Positions 13,001 through 36,693 of a stretch of 64,000 bases of DNA are shown here, piece by piece. The translations under genes and the position numbers were made by a program. Origin of the DNA: Ramazzottius varieornatus (lineage: Eukaryota; Animalia; Tardigrada); contig BDGG01000006.1 of NCBI GenBank assembly GCA_001949185.1, positions 1,594,827 to 1,658,826 on the forward strand, in the 5' to 3' direction. Each line of letters begins with the position of its first letter. Within the stretch, counting starts at the first letter, position 1. The notes beneath the pieces are model-generated. The model saw only the letters and a list, made by a program, of their open reading frames with translations, was not told the origin of the DNA and searched no databases.

Positions 13001-13219
13001 TTTCGCAGCGCTGCCACCAACATAATAGAACCACCCTATCCATCAGCACCCAAAACGACCTTCGAGCTTGCCGGTCTTAGTGCAAGAGCTGCTCAGCTGC
13101 TGGACGAATTGAAAGGGCATGTGGAATATGGAAAGCAACAGTCTTTCGATGAGTTTGTGCGGAAACATTGTGTCGATGGAAATCTTAGAACGAAAACAAA
13201 GCGGGTCAAAAGGACCTAG
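10058..13219 (+). pseudogene. Frameshifted Sola-type transposase with an upstream BED-finger-like exon
   Basis: Fragments FGLPMP...IYLPSD, RSEMCNDCE, VIAFDFAQSVGLP...PIYFK, YCDNCGGQNK and HFLPVGHT lie in different frames. The 5' ORF IWSFF...CKGC...LLDHIRQKC fits a BED zinc finger. Confidence 0.75.
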
Positions 13220-14311
13220 ATTTGACACTGAGCTGCTCATCTTCATCGTACCGCGCAATTTCTATCTTAAAACTTTCGGTGATCTGTGTGTATAGCGCGG
13301 ATGAGACGTCCGCAAATGAGTTCAGCTGGTGGTTTTTCCAGAGGCGCTCACTCTCTGTGCCGGTAGCAATGGACATGAACACCACATGAGATAGCGAGCC
13401 GACATTCCATGATATCTCCGCCGCTATACCTGTCGAAACATGGTATTTTACTAAGAACAGAGTGGACTGCGGATCTGCGTTCTGTTGATTCATTGCCACT
13501 TGAAATGATTAATCACTATGTGGAACACCAGTCAGTTTTGACCCGAACCCTGTTGGAAATAGGCGGCGACCCATATCCCGTTAATACGTTAGAGGTCTAA
13601 CGGCCGAAAATCAGCAGTAAGGGTCCAAGGTGTCGAATGAAGGGATATGTTCCACCACCACCTAAACATTACAGTCTTACTTCCACTGCCAACAATGACA
13701 TGGAATAATCATGTCCAGTTGTACGGAGAATCAATGGCTAATTACAAGTGTAGTTCCGTGTTTCAACTAGGTCAGAAATTACGCCGTCAGTACCGCGTTC
13801 GCACTCCTGCTCCTCTGACTTCACGCAGATATCAATAGTACACACCTGACCGCAGCAAGAACTCTGCAACAAAAATTCTTCCCAAAAATACACTACTGTA
13901 CACGCGCCTGGCTTTACTGTTGGCATGGACAAAAGAGTTGGCAGCCGGCCGAAAGCGGTAATAGCCACGTTAATTTGATGTACGTTGCCGCTTTCGACCG
14001 GCTGCCAGCTGTTTTTTCCATGGCATCAGTTAGGCCAGGCGCGTGCACACCCTTGCATAGGGCAAACTCTTTCCTTGTACAGGGGCAGGTGGTCAGCCAA
14101 AGGGTGACCACTGGTCAATCGTTACTTGTGGGTGCGCAGAGGTGCGCGTTGGTTATCGGATGCCCCCCATTAAAACCAGCAGCTTGATGTTGTTAGATGC
14201 GTTCTTGGGCCCATAGGAGCAAATCACACAGTTCCAAATGATTTTTTTACATATGACAAAACTGATCGATGTAATCGCAAAAGTGTCTGTTTGGTGAAAA
14301 CAAGATCGCGT

Positions 14312-15089
14312 TCAGGTTTGGAAGTGCCGATTAAGGTAAAGTACGAAAAAGGGGCTAGATAGAAAAACGACGTCCCGCTGCGTCCGATTCGCCGATCCAG
14401 TGGTGAGCCACGCGGTGGTTTGATTATTACAAAGGGATGTATTACAAAATTTGCCCTATAATGGGACTGGTCGCGTTGTCAAAGTCGAACTCCACACGCT
14501 TCTTAAAAGTTCCTTTTTGACGGTTATTTGGGTCAAAAGTGCATCCTCTCACAATGTAGGGAGCCCGATCAGCAACCCGCCTTCCACGCGGCGGTTCCAA
14601 GTGATACTAGAAACATGCACCGGAGCAGCGAATTTTGGTGCCATAATACAGATTACGGTTGCAGTTGCGGTTCACTTGGTTCTCTTCATTACACACGTAA
14701 CATTCAATACAGCTTGCATTGTCAGGTTTTAGCTGCACAGACTGCGAATTCCGGAGGTTTGGTACATTGCCACCGTTGCATAAATCGGCACCAGAGCAGA
14801 AACATGTGGCCTGGTTGGTACCAAACCGAGAGCAACCGGTAGAGGGACTTCCGGATCCTTTCAAACATCCACGCTGTATGTACGTGTTGTATGGATTATC
14901 TTCAAAGACCGTGGTAAAAGATGACGAGCAGCTCGAGCTTCGGGAGCTCGTGTTGGATGCAGGTTTCGAGCACGAGTCAGCGGAGTAACCGGCAAGTCCG
15001 ATGCAATTGTAGCACGTTAGACAGTTAACGGAATGAAGCATACGGCTGAGCACTGAGACACTACCGATAACTACATCATATCGGTTCAT
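14312..15089 (-). pseudogene. Ly6/uPAR (three-finger, quiver-like) two-domain protein with probable GPI tail, disrupted
   Basis: Domain 1 LTCYNC...RGC...CFCSGADLCN. Domain 2 IECYVC...C-F-stop (TAG 14607-14609)...IVRGC, then a frameshift to FCNTSLCN and a hydrophobic tail. Confidence 0.7.
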
Positions 15090-15892
15090 GTTATGAGTAC
15101 GAGGAGCGAGGCCTTACTTCGTCCACGAGCATACTTTGTACAGTCAAGTTCTGCAGGCGGCGATGTTAGCTGCCTAGCTTGGTCATAATCAGCTGACCAT
15201 GTTCACCGCCATAAGACACCCACAGAAGAGTGTACAAAGTTTTCGCCGTTCCGATTTTGGTGAAAAACGGTCGTATGACATCATCACTAACGTTGGCCAC
15301 ACATCAAGAGATGTGTGCTTCTGCTCGGTCGGGCACATATGTGTTTTACTTGTCCCGGTCTGTTGTGCCCTCTGCAGAAAGCGTGTTCCCTAATATCGAA
15401 TGAAATTCCCCAACGACTTCCGCTCAAGAATTTCTCCCGTCATGATCATTTATCTGATCCCACTTTTGGCTGGATAGAAATGAAGCCAAGTGTTTGAAGG
15501 TACTTGTGAATTATTTTGGGGTTTTTATAGCGAAAGGTCAGTGAGAAAACCGTCAGTGGAACAAGTAGTCGCCTGTCCGGCAAACGTACAAAGTAGAGCC
15601 TCGCTCCTCGTACAAAGATAGATGCGTTTCGCTCGTCAAACATAAGGCCATCACAACATATGTATAAGACTTATGCTGTGCAGATATCCACGGCTTATGT
15701 TTTCCCTGATCTCGGTGCACAGAATCTCGAATTCTGTATAACCTGAGTTGATTGCCCGATTGACCTGTTAAGTCTGAAATTAAAAATTTCAATTTTTAAA
15801 ACTTGTTTTCCGGCTTGCTGTGTTTCCGGTGGTGTTTTTCACTACGATACCTTTGAGCTGCTTGATATTGTCGATATTTACTGTCCTCGGAA

Positions 15893-16390
15893 ATGTCGGA
15901 AGATGGGGGAATCCAGAAGGAGCCTGAGAAGTCTCAACAGAGCAAGAAGAAGAGGTTCACCTACAACCCGCGCCATCTAATTGCCCTATTGCGTCAGGTT
16001 GCAGCTGACAACCCTTTCCAGTTCGCGAGTAACGCTGCGCGGCTCAAGGTGTAGGACGAGAAAGCAAAGGCACTGAAAGATCCGAAGGTGGGGATTACGG
16101 CACAAGCACGAAGCTCTCAGCTGAAGGTAGATAAGATGCTGGACGATCAAGACTCCTTGATGAACAAGCTTATCGCGTCTGGTAGCGAAGAGGACGGACC
16201 GAGCTAAAGCGATTACTAGAGAAAGTGGCTCTTCTTCGCAAAGAGGAAGACAAGCGACATAAAGAAAACGCTGCGATTGAGAAGGCACGACCAGTCCAGA
16301 AGAAGTCAGCTAGGAAGTCCAGGGGGGTTACGGAGGCGCTGCAAGGGAAGGATATTCGGGAAGGATCAATTCTGAATGCGTAACCACGTT
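15893..16390 (+). pseudogene. Decayed Myb/SANT-like protein of a second Harbinger family
   Basis: KKRFTYNPRHLIALLRQVAADNPF...KV*DEKA...KVDKML...ASGSEE. Probable W-to-stop at 16052-16054, followed by further disruptions. Confidence 0.6.
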
Positions 16391-16574
16391 TCCGACTGAA
16401 AGCGGGAAATCTGCCCCGCAGAACTCGCACATTTTCGGTTCCCTATGCCTTGTTTTTATGCGGACGAGCGAAACGATCTCTGCATAGAATCTGACATAGT
16501 ATAAAATCATGTGATTCTGTGCTATTCAAGTTAGAAATCTGACGGGCGAGAACCATCTAATTATTACTAGAAAG

Positions 16575-17765
16575 GAAGAAAGTCATTTCGGACTGGGTGA
16601 TTCGGTCAGTGGTCAAAATTGTTCAGAAATCGATTTTTTTGTTCTGAGGTAGTTTGGGTCGGTCTGAAACGTTAACGGCTGATGCAGCCATGTATATCAT
16701 TCATCAAAGAAGCTCATGGTGCAAAGTTCATGGTCGGTAGACAAACGCCGGCTGGGATATGAATCTGGAAGATAAGGGGCCCATAGTAGTTATGAGCGAA
16801 CTTTGAACTATTGCGACTGTGCGAACTGAGGCCTTTATTTTGCTTTTGTGATGAGAATTGAAACGCGATGGTATGTGCCGCTACAGTACAATCTTGACAA
16901 CGGTAAAACAAAATGGCGTACGTGACGAAGAGTGACCATAAGAGCGTATTATTGTAATGTCAAAATGGCGCTAATGGGATAAAGCATGGACTGAATGAAA
17001 CTAGTGATGAACTGAGGATTCCGATGGTGTAATAATGGCTCCAGGTACTCTGACGACAACTGAAATAAACAGATACATTAATATTATCCCACATTTGGAA
17101 AGCCACATTTCTTTGCATTAAAGTAAGTAGGAGTACATCACGATTATGTTGTCCGATGGTATCATTATAAGCTGAGGAAATACGGTACGTAGAAGACATG
17201 CTGTGCTAAACCAGACCCTATCAAATAAGACGCGGCGACCCCAACACGGTTGAAACATTTTAGGCTTTACCCACGTAAAATCACATTATGGGTCTATGCT
17301 AATAGCATTATGCTCCACCAGCAACGCGACTACTGCCGCACATTCGGCACTGACGAAGAAAGTGGAAACAATTTGCTCGGTTCCATAAAATGATTGTCTC
17401 GATACAACAGCATCCTTCCATTTCCACAACATCAAAGTTTTTGCGGCTCCTTTTCTATTCCTACTTCTGCTCACTCAGTTTTGTGCTGTGTGCAGATGCC
17501 ATTATTGTATTCGTGTCCACCGCGATTTTTGCGTAAAACTCGCTTTCTAATAACAGTCTACTGTAAACTTAGCATAGGGGAAAACCTTCGTTCGCACAGG
17601 GGTAGATGGTTAGCAAAAGGGTGGCCACTGTTCAGTCATTACCTATGGCTGACCACAGGTGACCGTTATTGACCCGATGTCCCTCATCAAATCCTACAAC
17701 TTGATGATTTTAGGCACTTTTGGGGACGCATAGGAGCAAATCACCCAGTTCCAAATGATTTTCCC
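16575..17765. mobile_element. Non-autonomous deletion derivative of the Sola-like element
   Basis: Left end is homologous to 8340-8850. The right part shares segments with about 14050-14250 (e.g. CATAGGAGCAAATCACCCAGTTCCAAATGATT). No clean TSD. Confidence 0.75.
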
Positions 17766-17964
17766 AGTTTAACTTATAATTCAACTTATAATAATAATCT
17801 TCGAGCCTTCCTGCTCTACGCAAAATTCGACCAGATACAGAAGAACGCGGCTCCGGAAGACATGTGTTATCTCAGGACAGAAGCCCCGAAACCGTGGCTA
17901 TTGCTGAATATGTCCGTAGAACCAGCCTTGCTCGAGTGAAGAATTTGCGTCCTGGTGATAGTCT

Positions 17965-18025
17965 CGATTTTCCAAGATTTGATTTTCCAAGATTCGATTT
18001 TCCACGTTTCGATTTTCCAAGATTT
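17965..18025. repeat. 15-bp tandem repeat (GATTTTCCAAGATTY) x4
   Basis: Directly visible; it produces the DFPRF repeats in the ORF track. Confidence 0.9.
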
Positions 18026-18527
18026 TTTATTTATTTCGTTGTGCTGAATTCCCATTCGGAGCTTTCAGACTGCGAAGAAATCACTTTGACCATCGGTCAG
18101 TACATGGATAACACGATAGATGGCGCTGACGCCGCTTGGGACGTCAAGATGTTGTGCTTTCAGCCGTTTTCGCTAGCTTGTTGATTGATTCTTGATTGGA
18201 TCGAGCATAGGTTTTCGACTGCGAATTTCTGATTTCAAACGATCAAACAGTTTGAGGTACGAGCCAAAGGCAAAGACGCCTTGAAACGGCACGTTGTAAA
18301 CCCTGGGCCTGGAACTTGTACTTGGAACTTGTAATTGTAATTTGTATCTGTAATTTGTACTTGTTACTTGCAAAGTTAAGCAAGATTCTGTGAAAATGGG
18401 TGGAAAACTGATGAGTGAAACATTTGGGATGCCGGCAGACAAAATGTGCAGCATCATAGTGTCAAGTGGCGCACGTTGCCAGCCAGTAGCGAGAAATGTT
18501 GATATCATTTACCTGTCTGTTCACAGG

Positions 18528-18859
18528 ATGGGTTTCTTGGGTATCTGCCATCGGATTTCATCCAAATGGTGGCTGATCTGCACAAGGTGGGTATTAAGGA
18601 CTCGGAAGCCAAAGAAGCCAGTTACATCATCTACCGTCACCTGAGACCTGTTAACCAAGCCATCCTGGAGCACAACAACCAAGCATACGCGCACTACTGG
18701 AATAACCTCGTCTTGCCCTACACCGAGTACCAGACCATGATGAAACTCATGGAGAACTGGATGTCCAAAGGTGTGCTTGGCCGAAACTCGACGGCGCCCT
18801 ACTCCATCCTGGCCACGTTGAGAAACTGGTGGAACATCGAGCTCGTGTACCTCAGCTGA
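18528..18859 (+). CDS. Terminal exon of an unknown protein, possibly death-domain-like
   Basis: TTCACAG acceptor and coding-like codon use. EYQTMMKLMENWMSKG...PYSILATLRNW resembles the C-terminal helices of a death fold. Upstream exons are unclear. Confidence 0.35.
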
Positions 18860-19094
18860 AGACTTAGGATACATTCACCATAAAAAATCGAACTCCATTT
18901 CTTTCAGCTTTTTAATTTAATTTTCTGTTTACGGCAGCTCATCGCAACACTAGCTTTCCAGGTTATATAATGTATTCATCCCGATGTCTTCCAGACACTT
19001 GCTCATACCTATTTGAATTAGTGATTAGTATGCCGAATTGTTTTTTGAAACTGGAATTCAATTGGGAAGCGGTAGACGTAAATGGAAAAGTGTG

Positions 19095-23318
<4,224 letters not shown>

Positions 23319-23571
23319 CGTGATTTGATTTAATGTCCCCAATTAGAGATCGCTAACCAAATCTTCCGGGTACTTTTTAGGCCCGCGCTACCCCCGAATA
23401 AAATTATAAAATCAGCCCTATGGCTAGGTTTGACGAATGCGGGCGCGAAGAAGAGAAGATGCAATTGAGTTTGAAGATTAACACCAGGGAATATAATGTG
23501 CCTACCAAAATGACCAGGAAAGAAAGCCCTCCACGCGTTATTCGATCACTGGTTAAATTTACTGCTCGATG

Positions 23572-23582
23572 TAATTTCATTA
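23572..23582. promoter_or_regulatory. P3 paired-class homeodomain dimer site TAATTTCATTA upstream of Phox2
   Basis: TAAT-N3-ATTA about 250 bp 5' of the Phox2 ATG. Confidence 0.4.
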
Positions 23583-24660
23583 CTTTCCCTCTAACTAAAT
23601 TCCCTATGACATTCCCGGGACTCAGTCCAGTTGTACGCCGTGGTGGAAAACAGGACGCCAGTTGGCTGACGACCAAAGTCATCCCTGGAAGCAACTTGTT
23701 CATACGCCGTCGAGGACCCATTGGGCCACACTCTACGAGTCAACTCCCCCCTCCCTTTTCTATCGATCGGTCCCAATCCAGTGCACTTGTCCATGCAGCC
23801 TTCCTGCAGAGTTACAAGTCCTGGATATATGCTCCTCGGCTGCGTGTTAATAATTGAGGGACGGCGTCCCGCCACGCGCGGAAGTGACACTTGCTCATTT
23901 GCCGCTTGCGACATGTCCCAAGGCTTATTAGGATAGGCTTCCGGGAGATCTAAGAGCTCATTCCTAGTAAGCCATCCTTTTCCTCTCCCAAAAATTTCGC
24001 TGGTTTTGCAAGGACATCATCAAACTGGAGTTTCGTACACTTTCACCCTACAGCTGAAGTGATCGAGCCGGGCGAAGCAACTCAACCAGATCATTTTCTC
24101 AAGTGATGCACGTTTACCGTGTTATTGGCTGAAAACACGCGCCACTAGGAAAACGATCTGATCGAGCTGGTTTGAGGAACTGCCGTTTATGGTATTATCG
24201 TTAAAAATCAGTAGTTTTTTGGCGATAGATACAGTTTTTATTCAGGTGCAAACTTGGCTTCGAAAAATAGGACACTAACTTATGCAGTACAATCGTCGCA
24301 AAGTTATTCTTCGTGGGCCAAAGAACGAAAACAATCTCGGTGATGTGCTGACAGGTTGGAAACTCAGTGCCGTATTGCAAATCTTGTCAGAAGAGGGTTA
24401 TGCTTTCCCTTCAGTATCGGGGCTTTTTCAATCAGTGAAGAATAGATGATCGAGTTATGGGCTGTTAAACCGCACTTGATCAAAAGCGATGTGGGGATTA
24501 AATAGGGGAGCAAGGGCTGTTTACTCAGAGCCGCAGTCACAGCAAATGGTCAGACATGTCCAGAAGGGGATTCACGAGCCACAATGGTCCATAACGACAC
24601 GCATGAAGTATGTCCGCTTGACACTTTCTAGCCCCCTTTTCATCCCTCTTTTAAACATTA

Positions 24661-26192
<1,532 letters not shown>

Positions 26193-27394
26193 CTTGCAGC
26201 TATCCCCCTCAGAAAACATGGCGCTCAGAAAGTCCAGAAAGGAGCAGAATGTCCACTTCCGGCACATTCGTCACTCGTCAGCCGTTCAACTTGTAAAACT
26301 GCAGAAGCTTCAGTCAACAGTTCCAATTAATCAACTGTTGAACCAGTAGCGACGGGGCGCGGTTTACCGTGACCGCACCATGACGTCAGACAATTAGCGA
26401 AATATTGAATCATAGTGTTTCCATAATTTCGACAATACGACTATCTTCCATTCAAATCAGACAGCGTAACTTAGCATCCCCTGTATTTCACTCTGCACTA
26501 TGAATCTACGAGAAGAAATGGAATGTATCCAAAAATTGTCCTGTTTACGCCGGCATGGAGGTCAGAGTATGGGACACCTAAAAGCTGTATGGCTACATCA
26601 CTCCCGCGACCGTTGTACGACATCATTCTGTACCACGCGACACTTCGCGAAGCGATGAACTAAGTCGGTCCCGGCAGTTCTGGCGGGACAGAAGTTCACT
26701 GGTGAGTTCCTGACACGGTTAGGCGTGGTCGTATCCCAGAAGGTTTAACGATTGTCCAGTTGAAGCCCTTGTGCGGAACTTTGACCCAGAAAGATCCGCT
26801 CCTAAATGCCGGTATCAAAGAGAACCGGTCTTAGTGACTACTGTCTCATCAGGTAAAATTATTGTTCCTCGTGCTCGACTGAATCTACGTCACCCGAATC
26901 TCCGTTACTCAAAAGTTGGACCACACACGTAAAAGAAAGACCACGGTAAAGTTTCGCCGTGTCTTTCTTGAAGATGTTACCAAAGATGAGGCTGTAGCAC
27001 CAAGGACGACGATACATAACAAAGCTGGGTCGCAGAACCGTCCTTACATGAAGTCACTGACTAGGGCCCTTGCTGGGCATGCCAAAGTTCAGTGGTTTAT
27101 TTCTGCAATTCTTTTCTGTCTGATTGGTTGTTAAAACTATAATTCGACATGATTGGATGGAGGAAACCGTTAGATCCGACTTGAATGACAGACACAGTAA
27201 AATTCAAACAAAAGGGAAGTAATTCGCGCAGGGACCCAGTCAGAACATGAGCGTGTCCCTCACACAACCAGTCAACCAGTGATGGAAATCACGGGAAGTA
27301 CGGAGAAAATGGTTAACATGACAGTTATCGCAACAAATACAAAGTAGTGAACTGTAGTATAAAACGAAAGGCACTCAGAAAAAAAACAAAATAA

Positions 27395-29005
<1,611 letters not shown>

Positions 29006-30077
29006 TCATAAGGATGCTTCATGAATACATGTGAACCGGTGATGAAGTTTGACAACAAAGTGATCAGAAACTCGGAACGCATCACCAACCTGCATCTTTG
29101 GAAGGACGACGGTCCCCACACGCTCGACTGCAGTATTTCACGATCTACGATCTCTTGCAAGCCAGTCCTCAGTGCTGATGAAGAGCATGGAGTGATCCGA
29201 GTGGATACAGTCAAGAGGAACAAGAAGACATGAAGAATTTTCCTGAGGATATCATTTTTTATGGGTGGATTTTGCTACTGTAGTTCCGACCGTTCCGCCA
29301 GACCGCAGTATAGGCTGTATAGCAACAATTTCGCTCCGCCTATCCTGTCCGTTATTGCCTTGTGAGACTATGTGCCACACGGCTTACCCCGCACGAACGT
29401 TTTGACGGCTGTGCTGCGCCACCCTGTACAAATGCTCGTATGTTTGGGGCGGAGCTGGACGATCCACAACAATCAACAAAGCCGTGCCTCATGACGTCAT
29501 GGATGTCTCACCTGCCGACTGCCGAGGCAGAAATGGCTGCATATTTCCATATCGAGCAATAACTCATAAACTCGTCTGCTCACAGATCATAACTCTCGAA
29601 ATCTGTAAAGGCTGACTCTCAAGAATGCTGTTCGAAGCCTGGTGACTGCTCGTGGGAAGGGAATATTGTACAATCACATCGGGAAGGACTGCGCACGCTG
29701 GACATTCCGATGTCCAAAGCTGGCTGAGGTTGGTGGTGTTCTGAGGTAAGTCGTGGACGCTTCGCCAAAGAACGCCTTTGTGGCAGAGAGTGGAAATAGG
29801 GATGCGTGAAAGACGAAACGTGTCCATCTTGCTGCTTTTTGAGTGTACTTTGAAGTGTGACGAGAAACAGTATCAACGATTTCGTCAACACTCAACAGCG
29901 ATATTTATATGACTCAATCAAACAGTGGACGCTATGCATTCCTCTTGATTGTGCACTCTTCAGTATCGACGTTAATTTTCCAGAGCGACGGAATATTTCC
30001 TCCCTACCCACTCAAAGATGATCTAGACGCATTCGGTGAAGCTCGAAAAATCCATCGAATATCCTGTTTCTGGGAAG

Positions 30078-34347
<4,270 letters not shown>

Positions 34348-35540
34348 AGAAACGTCAAGCGGTAAAGGTTTACCGCGGACCAAAGATGGACGTTGTGAGA
34401 GTCGCAAAGGGGCAGCGTGTTGTTTTCGGCGCTTTATGAATTCGTTTTTTATTGATTTTGGTAAACTTCCACAAAATCACCGAACGGTTGGTGAACACTG
34501 TGTAAAGTGCAAACCATTTTTACTAAATATGTTGTGTTTGTTTGCTAAATGATTTCCTGAACGTGTACGTACGACGTACCGCTGAGATATTTCACACAGT
34601 GTTCCATAATGAACCATTTCTGGGCGTGCCTTCCGTTTTAGCTTTTTCAACGGTGCTTTTTTCGAAATTGAAGCTCACTTGTTCAGACCCCATTTCCAGG
34701 CGTAAGATGCATGATCAAATAATCATTCATTGGTCAGTGGCTCTATGATGACTGAGTGGAGTGTGGAAAGACTCTATGCAGTCGGAATCAGTTGAGTCGG
34801 GACCTCCTTGTTGTCAATCGCGGATCAGGTAGGACGCGGTCGAAATTCATCGATCCGATAGATATCGCGCACGTGTCAAAAACTTGCGTACGCAGAAGAA
34901 GTGCTTGTGACTTTTCAGCAGATCAAAGGGGACTCGAAAACAGCAACAACGTGATTTGAAGGGCTGTTGGCTGCTGGCCTGCATTGTTCCAAGTTCTTGA
35001 CAAAAGGCCCGGCAGGAAGACCTTTGATGGAAAAGGGTCAGTCCGATGATCGTGATATGTCGGTGAACGGCCACCTCACTCCATCGGCTATTTTAATCCT
35101 CTAATTTGCAGATTGTTCTTGATCATGTTTTCGGTTCGTCAGACGGATGGATCTTGGTGTACCATGGCATATGATGAAACAGGAGAAGCTCTATGAGAAC
35201 CACGCGCAATTTTCACGCAGCTCGAATTCTACGGGTGTCAGATTGCCTTCATTAGAGGGTTCATGCCCACTTTGCATGTTGATAACAGTTCGTCACCTGC
35301 TTGAAGCTTGGGTTATATCTGTCCCCTTTCGCAGGTGCCATACTGGGATCGAAACTAGGCAAGATGTTTTGAAGTTGATCGTTCACGGTCAGTGGACGGT
35401 ATTCTTCATATGCATAACCGTCATATCTGTACTGAACTATGTCGTGAGCTGAAACGATGTTTCCGCGAACTGAAACGCTTGGGGCGAACTATTTATAATA
35501 AATACACTGCCTTTCACGGCACGCCGAATTGTATCAGAAA

Positions 35541-35834
35541 GGCAATTGACTTCGGGCAATGGCCAATCTTCACCATAATTGCCCGAATTTACCCGAATTT
35601 TCGAAGTGCTCGGGTTAAGTTAGCCGACGCTGATTTGTGATTGCCCGAAGTTTCATACATCAACCCAAGCTTCCGCGGTGCATTTCGGAACGTCGTGGTA
35701 TGGTAGAAGCGTCACGACAGATCTTGGACAGCGTAAACGGTCTCCTTCATACGTCTTGCTTAAATGCGTTCAGGCGATTCGGGCAATTTTGGGTGAATTC
35801 GGGTAAACTGAATATTGTCCGAAGTCACTTGCCC
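35541..35834. mobile_element. Small TIR element (MITE), superfamily uncertain
   Basis: GGCAATTGACTTCGGGCAAT...ATTGTCCGAAGTCACTTGCC, with internal CCCGAATT/AATTCGGG inverted motifs. It interrupts the aPKC relic. Confidence 0.6.
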
Positions 35835-36070
35835 TAAATGTCTTGCCTGCTCCAAGTCTGGAAGTTAGCAGATGTGTTCTGCATGATCATTATCCCAAGT
35901 GGCGCATGTTTCCTTTGTTGCTGGCTGAAGGTCTGCGCCACCTGGGAAAACGATCGTCTTCCAGCCAGTTGCCGACGTCCCATATTGTCCATGAGTTGTG
36001 CCGCATAAGAAGCGAGTGTTCGGTGGAACTCCATGGAGGATGCGTTAACTTCGAGACGTCAAGTTTCACA

Positions 36071-36693
36071 TAGAGCTGTTAATGGTTTGAACTATTTGGT
36101 TTGGTTTAAGTGGTGGTTTGCTTGCCAAACCGGTTAAACGAAAATGGTTCCTCCCGCAAACCACCAAAAGTGGTCTGGTCTAAACTTCAAACCAGACCAT
36201 TTACACCAAACCACATAAACCACCGGTTTGAACCGGTTTGCGAACAGCTCTTTGATGACCAGTGCATAGTAAATTCTGACAGTTTTCTTCAATTGACTAA
36301 TCAACGAAAATTACCACCGCGCAGCTCAAGTCGCGCAGCTTATGACACAGTGCTCATCCAGGTAAAGCTGTCCATCACGTGGCATTCAGAACGATGTGGC
36401 TGCGCACGGTGGCAGTGGGGGGAAAAAGATTGGCACTGTCAGACGGCCAATTCCGGTCCGACTTTTAGCCCAGAATCTGCAGATTTCGTACGAAATTTCC
36501 CTTTACCGCAAACCATATTAAACCACATGAACCAGTGGTTCATATGGTTTGGCGTGAGTTCGAAACCGGTTTGAGTGGTTTGGTTTGAGATGCCATATGG
36601 TTTGAGGTGGTTCGCTTTGGATGTCAAACCACGAACCACATAAACCATGTAAACCACTTTCTAAGTGGTCTGGTCTGGTTTTTAACAGCTCTA
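36071..36693. mobile_element. hAT-type MITE
   Basis: TIR TAGAGCTGTTAA/TTAACAGCTCTA. Perfect 8-bp TSD GTTTCACA at 36063-36070 and 36694-36701. Dense subterminal AAACC/GGTTT motifs. Confidence 0.9.

Larger units (their letters stand above)
8340..14250. mobile_element. Sola-like DNA transposon (about 5.9 kb, decayed)
   Basis: Imperfect TIR GAAGAAAGTCATTTCGGACTGGGTGATTTG at 8340 versus CAAATCACACAGTTCCAAATGATTTTTTTAC ending at 14250. 4-bp TSD ATAT at 8336-8339 and 14251-14254. Internal transposase remnants. Confidence 0.75.

Noticed and set aside
14607-14609. Programmed stop read-through in the LU gene
   Set aside because: A downstream frameshift is also needed, so pseudogenisation is the simpler explanation.
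26500-27140. Coding-like stretch between SRM and CAPZB
   Set aside because: It has multiple stops and no recognisable homology, so a call cannot be supported.
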